Origin: Candidatus Omnitrophota bacterium
GTDB taxonomy: Bacteria; Omnitrophota; Gorgyraeia; Zapsychrales; Fredricksoniimonadaceae
Length of the DNA: 64,000 nt
Reading direction: 5' to 3'
NCBI GenBank assembly: GCA_903908245.1
Contig: CAIVRE010000022.1
Coordinates: 864-64,863 of the forward strand
Position numbers and translations under genes: made by a program. Each line of letters starts with the position of its first letter. Position 1 is the first letter of the stretch. This document shows positions 10,124-18,749 of the stretch, piece by piece. The notes beneath the pieces are model-generated. The model was not told the origin of the DNA. It did not search any database and saw only the letters and a list, made by a program, of their open reading frames with translations.

Positions 10124-10340
10124 TTATTTTCGGTCGGCTCTTCTTTTGCCGCAGGCTGACCGGACCGTCCTGCGTGATATGCCCAGGGCTTGAGATATCT
10201 CCCGCTGGGACATCCCTAAAGCCTTAAGTTCATTTGCTTTTTCAATGAACCTCTGGTATAAAGGTTGAGATTGAAGTGGCTCAATGATGATCTTTACAGT
10301 CATTAGGGACGCGGTTCGAATTGGTTGCAGATGCGTCCGA
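10124..10340 (-). pseudogene. Relic small HTH gene of a mobile element
   Basis: Minus strand reads ...TRTHLQPIRTAS..PLYQRFIEKANELKALGMSQREISQALGISRRTVRSA. The upstream part of the track ORF runs through palindromic non-coding DNA, and there is no convincing start. Confidence 0.45.
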
Positions 10341-10410
10341 GTTTCTTCCTTAAGATTAAAACCCTCTTCCCGTAAGGGGGAGGGTTTTAATCTTATATCA
10401 GAAGAGAAAC
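10341..10410. repeat. Long inverted repeat (REP-like hairpin)
   Basis: TAAGATTAAAACCCTCTTCCC-GTAA-GGGGGAGGGTTTTAATCTTA (10351-10395), with a 16-bp perfect outer stem extendable by GTTTC/GAAAC. Confidence 0.6.
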
Positions 10411-10532
10411 GAGGACTCCCGTGAGGCTCCGTCCGAACGGGAGTCTCGATTAAAACAGCGAACCTTATCGACGACATGCGAACTTTATTCCGTCTTGAGT
10501 TGTCGTGGGTGTGAGCTTGAGGAGTCAACGTA

Positions 10533-10901
10533 ATGAAATATTTGAGACTGGTTTATTTGTCGATTGGGTTGCTAAGTTTTTTCTGCGGAGTAAATGCCTT
10601 TCTTTTTACGATTCCCAATTTTTATCAGGATTATCTCTTTTTCCATTTTCCTGATCATTTAATCCTATGCGGAGATAATCCTAGGTATGTGAATGAATGG
10701 TGTGAGCTCATCGGAGGGTTTTTCTTGTTTGTTGGGGGTGTACTAGGTGTTTTAATTTCACGAGTGTTTTGGCAAAAGAAATTCTTTAACATTTATAAGA
10801 TGGTTTTCTTAATTCTTTTACTTATCGGGGCTATTTTATTTGTTTCTGGGCTCTTTAAAATATACCGTCCTTTGGAGCCTAATTGTGTTGCTTATCAATA
10901 A
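10533..10901 (+). CDS. AT-rich small membrane protein (3 TM), unknown function
   Basis: RBS GAGGAG and three hydrophobic segments. Confidence 0.65.
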   Translation: MKYLRLVYLSIGLLSFFCGVNAFLFTIPNFYQDYLFFHFPDHLILCGDNPRYVNEWCELIGGFFLFVGGVLGVLISRVFWQKKFFNIYKMVFLILLLIGAILFVSGLFKIYRPLEPNCVAYQ

Positions 10902-10931
10902 ATGAAATTATTAATCAATAGGTCCATTCAA

Positions 10932-11009
10932 TGATATTCGTCATTCAGCACTTCGTTTGCTGTAAAGTTATATAAGTTGCGTGGCTACAAGCGAGTTCGC
11001 CTGGCGTCA
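10932..11009 (+). repeat. Imperfect direct repeat, copy A (attC-like relic)
   Basis: Hand alignment gives about 63 of 78 positions matching 11589-11673. Both copies end in GTTCGCCTGGCGTCA. Confidence 0.75.
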
Positions 11010-11058
11010 CAATTGCTATCGAATTGATCATGTGTTAATATTTCCGTAGAGGAAACAT

Positions 11059-11319
11059 ATGCCGACAATCAGCGCATTCTTTGGGATTTTTATCCGCATG
11101 TATTTTGATGAGCATTCACCAGCTCATTTTCACGCCTATTATGGCGATCATACGGCTGCTATTGAAATTGCAACACTGCGTGTTATGAAAGGCAAATTGC
11201 CTCAGCGTGTTTTAGGTCTTGTTTTGGAATGGGCTTCTTTGCATAGGGATGAATTGTTGCTAGATTGGTCTCTGGCAGAAAGTCACAAACCTTTGAAGGA
11301 TATTACTCCCTTAGAGTAA
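11059..11319 (+). CDS. DUF4160 family protein, putative type II toxin
   Basis: MPTISAFFGIFIRMYFDEHSPAHFHAYYG...VLEWASLHRDELLLDW, the typical DUF4160 pattern. Confidence 0.85.
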   Translation: MPTISAFFGIFIRMYFDEHSPAHFHAYYGDHTAAIEIATLRVMKGKLPQRVLGLVLEWASLHRDELLLDWSLAESHKPLKDITPLE

Positions 11320-11329
11320 TGGAGGGCAT

Positions 11330-11575
11330 ATGGAAAAGGTAACGCAAGTTAAAGTTTTGGATGGTTATCGTTTGGAAATATCCTTTGATGACGGAGTTCA
11401 TGGGGTTGTTTCTTTATCTGATCGTCTTTTTGGTCCTGTTTTTGAACCGCTTAAGGATTTGAAACTTTTTGCGCAGGCTCGGGTTGATGAATTCGGCGTT
11501 GTGGCTTGGCCTAATGGCGCCGATTTAGCCCCTGACGCTCTTTATGAAAGTTTTCAGACATCAAAGGTCAATTGA
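11330..11575 (+). CDS. DUF2442 family protein, putative antitoxin
   Basis: V..VKVLDGYRLEISFDDG..GPVFEPLKD..F..V..GVVAWPNGADLAPDALYE. Habitual partner of DUF4160. Confidence 0.85.
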   Translation: MEKVTQVKVLDGYRLEISFDDGVHGVVSLSDRLFGPVFEPLKDLKLFAQARVDEFGVVAWPNGADLAPDALYESFQTSKVN

Positions 11576-11588
11576 TTGGTTCGCCTAG

Positions 11589-11673
11589 TGATATTTGCCA
11601 TCCAGTGCTTCGCTTTCGGTAAATTTTTATAAGTAGCGTGGTTTCAAGCATTTGGCAGGTTCGCCTGGCGTCA
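11589..11673 (+). repeat. Imperfect direct repeat, copy B (attC-like relic)
   Basis: Aligns to 10932-11009 with a 7-nt insertion. Begins 13 nt after the DUF2442 stop. Confidence 0.75.
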
Positions 11674-11722
11674 ACGACTACCCGTTTTCTATTATCCCGT
11701 TGGAATATGATGGGAGATAAGT

Positions 11723-11758
11723 AAGGCCCTGATCAGGATAACTGCGCAGGGCCTTTTT
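11723..11758 (+). terminator. Intrinsic terminator
   Basis: AAGGCCCTG...CAGGGCCTT followed by T's. Confidence 0.55.
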
Positions 11759-11901
11759 AATGAAGAATGATAAGTGGAAGGGGACTTCGTCCTTTGATCA
11801 AGCAGGCACTCAGTCTCCGTCGGATACCGAGGGTTTTTTCTTGCCTTTTCCCGACTCACCGATTACTATGAGTTTCAAGCAACTTTGTACGGGAGGATCA
11901 T

Positions 11902-13608
11902 ATGATCGGAATTGGATCACAGATTCGCGATAGGCGTCCCCGCCTGTTCCAGGGGCTACTTCCTATAAAAAATTCGGGAATATCGGCCGAAGTGATCGCG
12001 GGGATCACTTTGGCAGCCCTTGCGGTTCCCGAAGTGATGGGCTATACCAAGATCTCTGGTACGCCGGTGATCACCGGTTTATATACTTTACTTATTCCCA
12101 TGATTTTATATGCCATCTTCGGTTCCTCCCGACATTTAGTTGTCGGGGCGGACTCGGCAACTGCGGCTATTCTTGCGGCGGGATTGGCCGGGATAGCGAT
12201 AACAGGGTCTCATGAGTATCTGGCGCTTGCCGGAGTTCTGGCGTTAATGTCCGCTGGCTTATTGATCGTCGCACGTGTTATCGGACTTGGTTTTATGGCG
12301 GATTTCCTTTCGCGGACCGTGCTCATCGGATTCTTGACCGGGGTTGGTTTTCAAGTCGCTTTGCGAGCGATCCCAGGCATGCTGGGCCTTCCAGAAGGCG
12401 GGCACGACCTGATTGACAAGATCGTGAACACTTTGCATCAGATCGGCCAGATGAATTTCTACGACCTGGCGATATCGGTTATTGTGATCGGAGTCATTAT
12501 TGGATCAGAGAAGATGTCCCCAAAGATCCCCGGGGCTCTCATTGCCGTGATTGGTGCCATCGTTGTCAGTTGGGCATTTAATCTCAAAGTTTACGGTGTT
12601 CATACGCTGGGGGATGTTCCACAAGGACTGCCTTGGATCGGCTTGCCAGATGTTCATTGGTCTTATGCCCTTGTTCTGAAGATGCTTCCGACGGCCTTTT
12701 CAATGGTTGTTGTCATTTTGGCCCAAAGTGCTGCGACCTCGCGGGCTTATGCGGCGCGATACAATGAACCATTTAACGAGAATGTCGATCTGATCGGTCT
12801 CGGCCTGGCCAATGCAGGCGCAGCATTATCCGGGACGTTTGTTGTGAACGGAAGTCCAACCAAGACCCAGATGGTTGATAGTGCTGGCGGCCGCAGTCAG
12901 CTGGCCCAGGTCATAACGAGCCTGATCGTCCTTCTGGTCCTGTTGTTTTTTACAGGGCCACTGACTTATATGCCCAGCGCTGTCCTTTCTGCGGTGGTTT
13001 TTCTTATTGGCTTGCAGCTGGTAGATATCCAGGGGATGCACAAGGTCTGGCGACAGCGTCCACCCGAGTTTTGGGTAGCGCTGGTCACGGCCGTTGTGGT
13101 CGTCCTGGTCGGTGTTGAGCAGGGGATCGTTACCGCCATGGTGCTTTCTTTGATGGAGCATGTACGACGCAGCTACCGGTCGAAGAATGTCGTGCTGGTG
13201 CTCGACAAGGCGACAGGTGTCGGGCGGCTTTTGCCGGTGACTACGCCGGAGCAGATCGAGCCTGGGCTTTTGGTGTACCGGTTCGCCCACACGATGTACT
13301 ATGCCAATGCTCAACAACTGTTTGAGGAGGTCATCAGCCTTGCTGAAGGAGCACGGCCCGTTCTGTCCTGTTTTTGCGTTGACGCATCAGCGGTTGCTGA
13401 TGTGGATTTCTCGGCAGCAGAAACTTTACGCGAAATCCATGGGGTTCTGAAGACCCGGGGGATCCGGCTTGTTTGGGCGAATGTCATTGCCCCCTTAAAG
13501 GCTGAGTTCGACAGGTACGAACTCATTGGGTTGTTTGGCAAAGATGCGTTTTACGATAACATCAGTGATGTTGTGGATTCTTATCTCAGATATGAGAGGC
13601 CCAATTAG
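11902..13608 (+). CDS. SulP/SLC26 family anion transporter with STAS domain
   Basis: EVIAGITLAALAVPEVMGY, GLYT..YAIFGSSRHLVVG, SAGGRSQL, STAS motif VDASAVADVDFSA. Confidence 0.9.
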   Translation: MIGIGSQIRDRRPRLFQGLLPIKNSGISAEVIAGITLAALAVPEVMGYTKISGTPVITGLYTLLIPMILYAIFGSSRHLVVGADSATAAILAAGLAGIAITGSHEYLALAGVLALMSAGLLIVARVIGLGFMADFLSRTVLIGFLTGVGFQVALRAIPGMLGLPEGGHDLIDKIVNTLHQIGQMNFYDLAISVIVIGVIIGSEKMSPKIPGALIAVIGAIVVSWAFNLKVYGVHTLGDVPQGLPWIGLPDVHWSYALVLKMLPTAFSMVVVILAQSAATSRAYAARYNEPFNENVDLIGLGLANAGAALSGTFVVNGSPTKTQMVDSAGGRSQLAQVITSLIVLLVLLFFTGPLTYMPSAVLSAVVFLIGLQLVDIQGMHKVWRQRPPEFWVALVTAVVVVLVGVEQGIVTAMVLSLMEHVRRSYRSKNVVLVLDKATGVGRLLPVTTPEQIEPGLLVYRFAHTMYYANAQQLFEEVISLAEGARPVLSCFCVDASAVADVDFSAAETLREIHGVLKTRGIRLVWANVIAPLKAEFDRYELIGLFGKDAFYDNISDVVDSYLRYERPN

Positions 13609-13632
13609 GAAGGTCATGGAGATCCAGGAGGA

Positions 13633-14010
13633 ATGAAAATGGCCAAAAAAATCAAAACGACATGGTTGAGCAAATCAGAGGATCATGACTATCCGGCGGC
13701 CATGTCTTATTTAGGACTGTTGTATGATGAAAAAACATTGGCTATGAAGGTGAAAAAGTTGCGGCAGGCACATATGTCTTATTTTAAAGCAAAGGACATT
13801 CTCAGGGCGTCAGGGTCGCCTTTATTAAGTGTAAACAATTTTCACGTTAAGAAAGACCAGGAGAAGATATTGTCGAGGAAAAAGTTGTCTCCCCTGCTTC
13901 TTGTCCGTGATACAAAGAATGGGAAACTGGTCATCGCGGATGGTTATCATCGCATGTGTGCTGTTTATTTTTATGATGAGGACGCCGTGATCCCGTGCAA
14001 AATTATATAA
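13633..14010 (+). CDS. Small ParB/Srx-like domain protein
   Basis: SPLLLVRD...LVIADGYHRMCA resembles the ParB/sulfiredoxin DGxHR motif. RBS AGGAGG. Confidence 0.6.
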   Translation: MKMAKKIKTTWLSKSEDHDYPAAMSYLGLLYDEKTLAMKVKKLRQAHMSYFKAKDILRASGSPLLSVNNFHVKKDQEKILSRKKLSPLLLVRDTKNGKLVIADGYHRMCAVYFYDEDAVIPCKII

Positions 14011-14037
14011 AGAAGCGGGCAGATCAACTTAAAGGTC

Positions 14038-14077
14038 AAGAAGCCTTTCATCGGATCGATGGAAGGCTTCTTTATTT
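14038..14077 (+). terminator. Intrinsic terminator
   Basis: AAGAAGCCTTTCATCG / CGATGGAAGGCTTCTT stem followed by a T-rich tail. Confidence 0.65.
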
Positions 14078-14123
14078 CAAAGAGAGAAGGGCGGGATGGG
14101 CCGGGAGGATTATGAAGTAAGTA

Positions 14124-14151
14124 TTTACATATGTTGGAATGGACATATAAT
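14124..14151 (+). promoter_or_regulatory. Sigma70 promoter with overlapping ArsR-type operator
   Basis: TTTACA-16nt-TATAAT. Inverted repeat ATATGT-N8-ACATAT (14129-14148) spans the spacer. Confidence 0.6.
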
Positions 14152-14198
14152 AAAAAATCAATCCGATCTCCGTCAATTTTTCAACTAGAAAGCTGTTT

Positions 14199-15854
14199 AT
14201 GTTCGCGCCAAAGCTGGTTACCTGTCTTAAAGATTACTCCAGGGAGAAATTTGTTGCGGATTGCATCGCCGGCTTTATTGTCGGTGTGGTGGCCATTCCG
14301 CTGGCGGTCGCTTTTGCCATTGCTTCAGGTGTTTCGCCGGATAAGGGCCTTTTTACAGCGATCATTGCGGGTTTCTTCGTTTCTGCTTTGGGCGGGAGCC
14401 GTGTGCAGATCGGCGGGCCGACAGGGGCTTTTGTTGTTATTGTTTACGGGATCGTGCAGAAATACGGGATCGATGGCCTGGTCATTGCGACATTGATGGC
14501 AGGGATATTGCTTGTGATCATGGGCCTGGCGAAATTCGGGACGGCGGTCAAGTTTGTTCCTCATTCCGTTATAGTGGGGTTCACCAGCGGCATTGCGGTC
14601 ATTATTTTTTCGTCCCAGGTTAAGGATTTTCTCGGCCTCAACGTCGATAAAGTTCCGGCGGAGTTCATCGGGAAATGGCGTGTTTTTATTGAGCATTTTA
14701 ACACGCTTAATTATGATGCATTGGCTCTGGGGCTTTTGACGGTCCTTATTATTGTTATATCACCTAGGCTTGTCAGGCGGATACCGGGGGCGCTCATTGC
14801 CTTGATCGCAGTTTCGTCCTTGTCCGCTTTTCTTTGTATCCCTGTTGAAACGGTCGGCAGCCGTTTCGGGGAATTACCGCATACACTTCCCATGCCGCAT
14901 TTTCCGGCCTTAAGCTTTGCCAGGATCCGGGAGCTTTTTCAGCCGGCGGTGACTATCGCTCTTTTGGGAGCGATCGAGTCTTTACTGTCGGCTATTGTGG
15001 CTGACGGGATGATCGGTGCCAGGCATCGGTCCAATACGGAACTTGTCGGTCAGGGGGTTGCGAATATCGCTTCTGCGCTTTTTGGCGGTATCCCGGCCAC
15101 AGGAGCTATTGCCCGGACGGTGACGAATGTCAAGAACGGCGGAAGAACTCCTGTTGCCGGCATGGTCCACGCGGTCACGGTCCTTTTGATCATGTTCTTT
15201 TTAGGGGGGTTGATCAAATTTGTCCCGTTGGCGTGTTTGGCAGGTATCCTGGTTGTGGTCGCTTATCATATGAGCGAGTGGCGGTCGTTCGGCGCGCTTC
15301 TGCACTGGTCTAACGGCGGCCGGATGGTCCTTTTGGCCACATTTTTTCTGACGGTTTTTGTGGACCTGAATGCCGCGATCGAGGTCGGTGTAGTGTTGTC
15401 TGCGTTCATCTTTATGAAACGGATGTCGGATGCCACGAATATCAAGGTATTCGCCAAGGAGTTTGCGGATGATGACGCAGGGGAGGATCGGGTCTTATCG
15501 TCGTTCGTTATTCCGCCCCGTGTCGAGGTTTACGAGATAAACGGGCCGTTGTTCTTCGGAGCCGCCAACCGCTTTGATGAAGCGGACCGGGAGGTGAGTT
15601 TAAGGCCGAAAGTTCGTATCCTGCGTTTTCGTGATGTCCCGCTCATCGATTCCACCGGGATGCATGCCCTTAAGAGTTTTTATGAGAAAAGCAAACGGGA
15701 GAATATTTCTCTTATCATCACCGGCCTTCATGTCCAGCCTCTCAATGAAATGGTCAAGGCCAGTCTTTACGAGCTTATAGGAGAGGAGAATGTTTTCTCC
15801 GGCATGAAAGACGCGATCAGACGGGCAGAAGAGCTCTTAAAACAAAAGAATTAG
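14199..15854 (+). CDS. SulP family anion transporter (DauA/BicA-like) with STAS domain
   Basis: DCIAGFIVGVVAIPLAVAFAIASG, GGSRVQIGGPTGAF, AIESLLSA, PATGAIART, YEINGPLFFGAA, VPLIDSTG. Confidence 0.9.
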   Translation: MFAPKLVTCLKDYSREKFVADCIAGFIVGVVAIPLAVAFAIASGVSPDKGLFTAIIAGFFVSALGGSRVQIGGPTGAFVVIVYGIVQKYGIDGLVIATLMAGILLVIMGLAKFGTAVKFVPHSVIVGFTSGIAVIIFSSQVKDFLGLNVDKVPAEFIGKWRVFIEHFNTLNYDALALGLLTVLIIVISPRLVRRIPGALIALIAVSSLSAFLCIPVETVGSRFGELPHTLPMPHFPALSFARIRELFQPAVTIALLGAIESLLSAIVADGMIGARHRSNTELVGQGVANIASALFGGIPATGAIARTVTNVKNGGRTPVAGMVHAVTVLLIMFFLGGLIKFVPLACLAGILVVVAYHMSEWRSFGALLHWSNGGRMVLLATFFLTVFVDLNAAIEVGVVLSAFIFMKRMSDATNIKVFAKEFADDDAGEDRVLSSFVIPPRVEVYEINGPLFFGAANRFDEADREVSLRPKVRILRFRDVPLIDSTGMHALKSFYEKSKRENISLIITGLHVQPLNEMVKASLYELIGEENVFSGMKDAIRRAEELLKQKN

Positions 15855-15884
15855 GGCCAGGGCATTCTTGTTCAGAAAGGTTTT

Positions 15885-16220
15885 ATGAAGAAGATCGATG
15901 ACATGGTTTTCAAGATCAAGGCGGATTTTTTAAAAGCGCTGGCACATCCTGTCCGCCTTCAGATCATTGAATATCTCAAGAACGGGGAGGCCAGTGTTGG
16001 CAAGCTGGTGCAGGAACTGGGAGTGGAACAGTCGAGCCTTTCGCGTCATTTGGGTATTCTAAGGGACTTGGGGGTGCTGGAAGCCCGTCCGGAAAAGACG
16101 AATGTGTATTATAATCTTCATGACCATGATATTTTGAAGGTCCTGCGGCCTATCGCGGAGCTTCTTCGAAAGAAATTGAGACGCAGTGAGAAACTTTTAG
16201 AAAGCCTTGGGAAAGAGTAG
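15885..16220 (+). CDS. ArsR/SmtB family repressor (cysteine-free)
   Basis: KADFLKALAHPVRLQII...SSLSRHLGILRDLG..NVYY. Confidence 0.9.
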   Translation: MKKIDDMVFKIKADFLKALAHPVRLQIIEYLKNGEASVGKLVQELGVEQSSLSRHLGILRDLGVLEARPEKTNVYYNLHDHDILKVLRPIAELLRKKLRRSEKLLESLGKE

Positions 16221-16227
16221 CGGCTGT

Positions 16228-16908
16228 ATGCAATTGACCTTTCGTGATATAGAGCTCGCGTTTGAGATCAACGAGAAGATCCTTTATCAATGGCTTAATA
16301 CCCTGGGGTTACCGGCGGTCAAGGCCAATGACCAGTATTATTTTAATTCCGTCGAGGTATTGGAGTGGGCGCTTAAGAACCAGATCCCTTTGACCTCCGG
16401 TGCGCTTAAGCTTTGTGAAAAGAGCCGGCCTGGCGTGGATATTTTTATGCCGGCGCTTGTGCGCGGGGGGGTGTATTCCGGGATATCCGGGGCCGCGCGA
16501 GAGGAAGTCCTTGAGAATGTCTTGAAAATATTGCCATTGCCCGGGAATATTGACCGCGTTGCCTTGAAGGAAATACTATTGTCCCGTGAACAGACGGGGA
16601 CCACCGGTATCGGCAATGGCATTGCCATTCCACATGTTAAGCATCCTGTTATTCTGGCCGGGCTCGAGCCGGTGGTGGGGTTATTCTTCCTGGAGGGCTC
16701 GGTTGATTTTGCCGCTTTTGACGGTCAACGGGTCCATACATTGTTCGTGATATTGACCGGTTCGTTCAAAGGGCATTTATCGTTATTGTCCCGTCTGGCT
16801 TTTTGTTTGCAGGAGGAAAGCGTTAAGGCTGTCCTTGGCCGTCGGGCAAGTCGTGAAGAGATCCTCGCGGCATTTCAGGTCGCGGAATCCAAGATCGTCC
16901 GGGTTTGA
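16228..16908 (+). CDS. PTS EIIA(Ntr/Fru)-domain protein with N-terminal excisionase-like HTH
   Basis: REQTGTTGIGNGIAIPH (phospho-His), VDFAAFDG, HLSLLSRL. N-terminus has EKILYQWL..LPA.K.NDQYYFN. Confidence 0.8.
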   Translation: MQLTFRDIELAFEINEKILYQWLNTLGLPAVKANDQYYFNSVEVLEWALKNQIPLTSGALKLCEKSRPGVDIFMPALVRGGVYSGISGAAREEVLENVLKILPLPGNIDRVALKEILLSREQTGTTGIGNGIAIPHVKHPVILAGLEPVVGLFFLEGSVDFAAFDGQRVHTLFVILTGSFKGHLSLLSRLAFCLQEESVKAVLGRRASREEILAAFQVAESKIVRV

Positions 16909-16913
16909 TCATA

Positions 16914-18749
16914 ATGAAAAATATCTTTCAAATGACATGGCAGGTCCCTTTCGGGGAGTTCGTGCTCAAGCTTGATCCGTTGAGCCTGGTTTTTCTTCTG
17001 GCTGTGACCATCCTTCTTTTGTGCGCCGGCGTTTATGCGGTAGGGTATATGCGGCCATATCAAGGAAAAAAGCCGCTGCTTCCTCATATTTTCTTCTATT
17101 TGTTGTTTGCATTTTCTTTGGTCCTTATCGTTACTGCCAACAATGTGATCCTTTTTCTGGGCGCTTGGGAAACGATGACGATCTCCACGTATTTTCTTAT
17201 TATTTTCTTTGACGAAAAAGAATCGGTGCGAAAGGCGGGTTTTCTTTATTTGATCGCGTCGCATTGCGCGACATTTTGCCTTTTTCTGATGTTTTTTCTG
17301 ATGGCGCACGCGGCCGGGTCGATGAATTTTGATATGATCGCGCGGGCAAGTTTCCCGCCGGTCCTGTCCGGGACCATTTTCCTGCTGGCTTTGGCCGGTT
17401 TTGGAGTGAAGGCGGGTTTTCTTCCGTCACATATATGGCTGCCGTATGCACATCCGGCCGCACCTTCCCATATTTCCGCGCTTCTTTCGGGAGTTGCGAT
17501 CAAGATGGGGATCTACGGGATCTGCCGTGTGTTATGGATCATGGATATCCTTCCGGACTGGTGCGGCTACCTGCTGGTCGTGATCGGTGTTATTTGCGGG
17601 ATCATGGGGGTCCTGTATGCGCTGGGACAGCATGAGTTGAAGAAATTGCTGGCGTATCACAGTATTGAGAATATCGGCATTATTGCGATCGGGCTTGGGG
17701 TCGGGTTATTGGGGCGTAGTTATCATCTGCCTTTTCTGGCGGTCCTGGGGTTTGGCGGCGGGTTGTTGCATGTGCTCAATCATTCTCTTTTTAAAGGCCT
17801 TTTGTTCCTGGCAGCGGGATCCGTGATCCAAAAGACACATTCCGGTGAAATAGACAAGCTGGGAGGGGTGGCGAAAGCCATGCCGGTGACGAGTGTGTTG
17901 TTCCTGGTCGGGGCTTTGTCCATTTGCGGGCTGCCGTTATTCAACGGGTTTATTAGTGAGTTTATTGTTTTTTTCGGGCTTTTTCAGGGGATGTTCACTT
18001 TGCCTTTATCGGGGGTGATCTTTTGTGTATGGGGGATACTCTCTTTGGCCTTGATGGGAGCGCTGGCGCTGGCTTGTTTCAGTAAAGTGTACGGGGCGGT
18101 TTTTTCCGGGCAGCCGCGTTCGATCTTGGAAGGGCTTGAAGATCCTGCAGGGAAAGGCGAGTCGACTTCCAAATGGATGTTGATCCCTATGATCGTCCTT
18201 GCGGGCGTATGTGTCTGGATCGGGCTTGCGCCAAGGGCGATGGCGATGTTTACTTTTCTGGGTGGGGCATACTTGACGCATGTTGAACTTTCCATGGTCG
18301 ATCTCGGGCAGGTTTTTATTCCGTTGACAATGGTCATAGGGGTCCTTCTTTTGTTTATCGCGCTTATTATGGGGTTGATCGTGATCCGCCGTCTTCTTCT
18401 GGGGGCTGAGTCAACTCCTGTCCGGGAAGCGTGGGGCTGCGGTTTTACCCGGGTTTCCGCGCGCTCGCAGTATACGGCTTCTTCTTTTGCCCGGATGATC
18501 CTGGATTTTGTTAAGAACCTTCTGTTCTTTCGTCGTGAAGGGGGAATGGTGGAGGGTATTTTTCCGGTGAAGGTCCGCCTGGAGTCTTCGGTCCGGGATG
18601 TTGCTGAAGAAAAGGGATTCCGCCCTTTGTTGACCGGATTGACTTTATTATCCAGAAAGATCGATGCCGGACGGGTGCACTATACTCAAATGTACCTGAT
18701 GTATATTTTTCTGTTCTTGATCTTTTTACTGGTATGGAAACTGAAATGA
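16914..18749 (+). CDS. hyfB: Hydrogenase-4/Ehr antiporter-like membrane subunit (HyfB-like)
   Basis: FLGAWETM, GFGVKAG..HIWLPYAHPAAPSHISALLSG, KKLLAYHSIENIG, HVLNHSLFK, PLFNGFISE, WGCG..QYTASSF. Confidence 0.85.
   Translation: MKNIFQMTWQVPFGEFVLKLDPLSLVFLLAVTILLLCAGVYAVGYMRPYQGKKPLLPHIFFYLLFAFSLVLIVTANNVILFLGAWETMTISTYFLIIFFDEKESVRKAGFLYLIASHCATFCLFLMFFLMAHAAGSMNFDMIARASFPPVLSGTIFLLALAGFGVKAGFLPSHIWLPYAHPAAPSHISALLSGVAIKMGIYGICRVLWIMDILPDWCGYLLVVIGVICGIMGVLYALGQHELKKLLAYHSIENIGIIAIGLGVGLLGRSYHLPFLAVLGFGGGLLHVLNHSLFKGLLFLAAGSVIQKTHSGEIDKLGGVAKAMPVTSVLFLVGALSICGLPLFNGFISEFIVFFGLFQGMFTLPLSGVIFCVWGILSLALMGALALACFSKVYGAVFSGQPRSILEGLEDPAGKGESTSKWMLIPMIVLAGVCVWIGLAPRAMAMFTFLGGAYLTHVELSMVDLGQVFIPLTMVIGVLLLFIALIMGLIVIRRLLLGAESTPVREAWGCGFTRVSARSQYTASSFARMILDFVKNLLFFRREGGMVEGIFPVKVRLESSVRDVAEEKGFRPLLTGLTLLSRKIDAGRVHYTQMYLMYIFLFLIFLLVWKLK

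Noticed and set aside
10932-11673. CRISPR array
   Set aside because: There are only two long, divergent repeats separated by genes, and no cas genes. The PD-(D/E)XK Fe-S domain at 982-4071 belongs to AddB, not Cas4.
7236-11700. Complete prophage
   Set aside because: Only a terminase pair is present. No portal, capsid, tail, lysis or integrase gene is recognisable.
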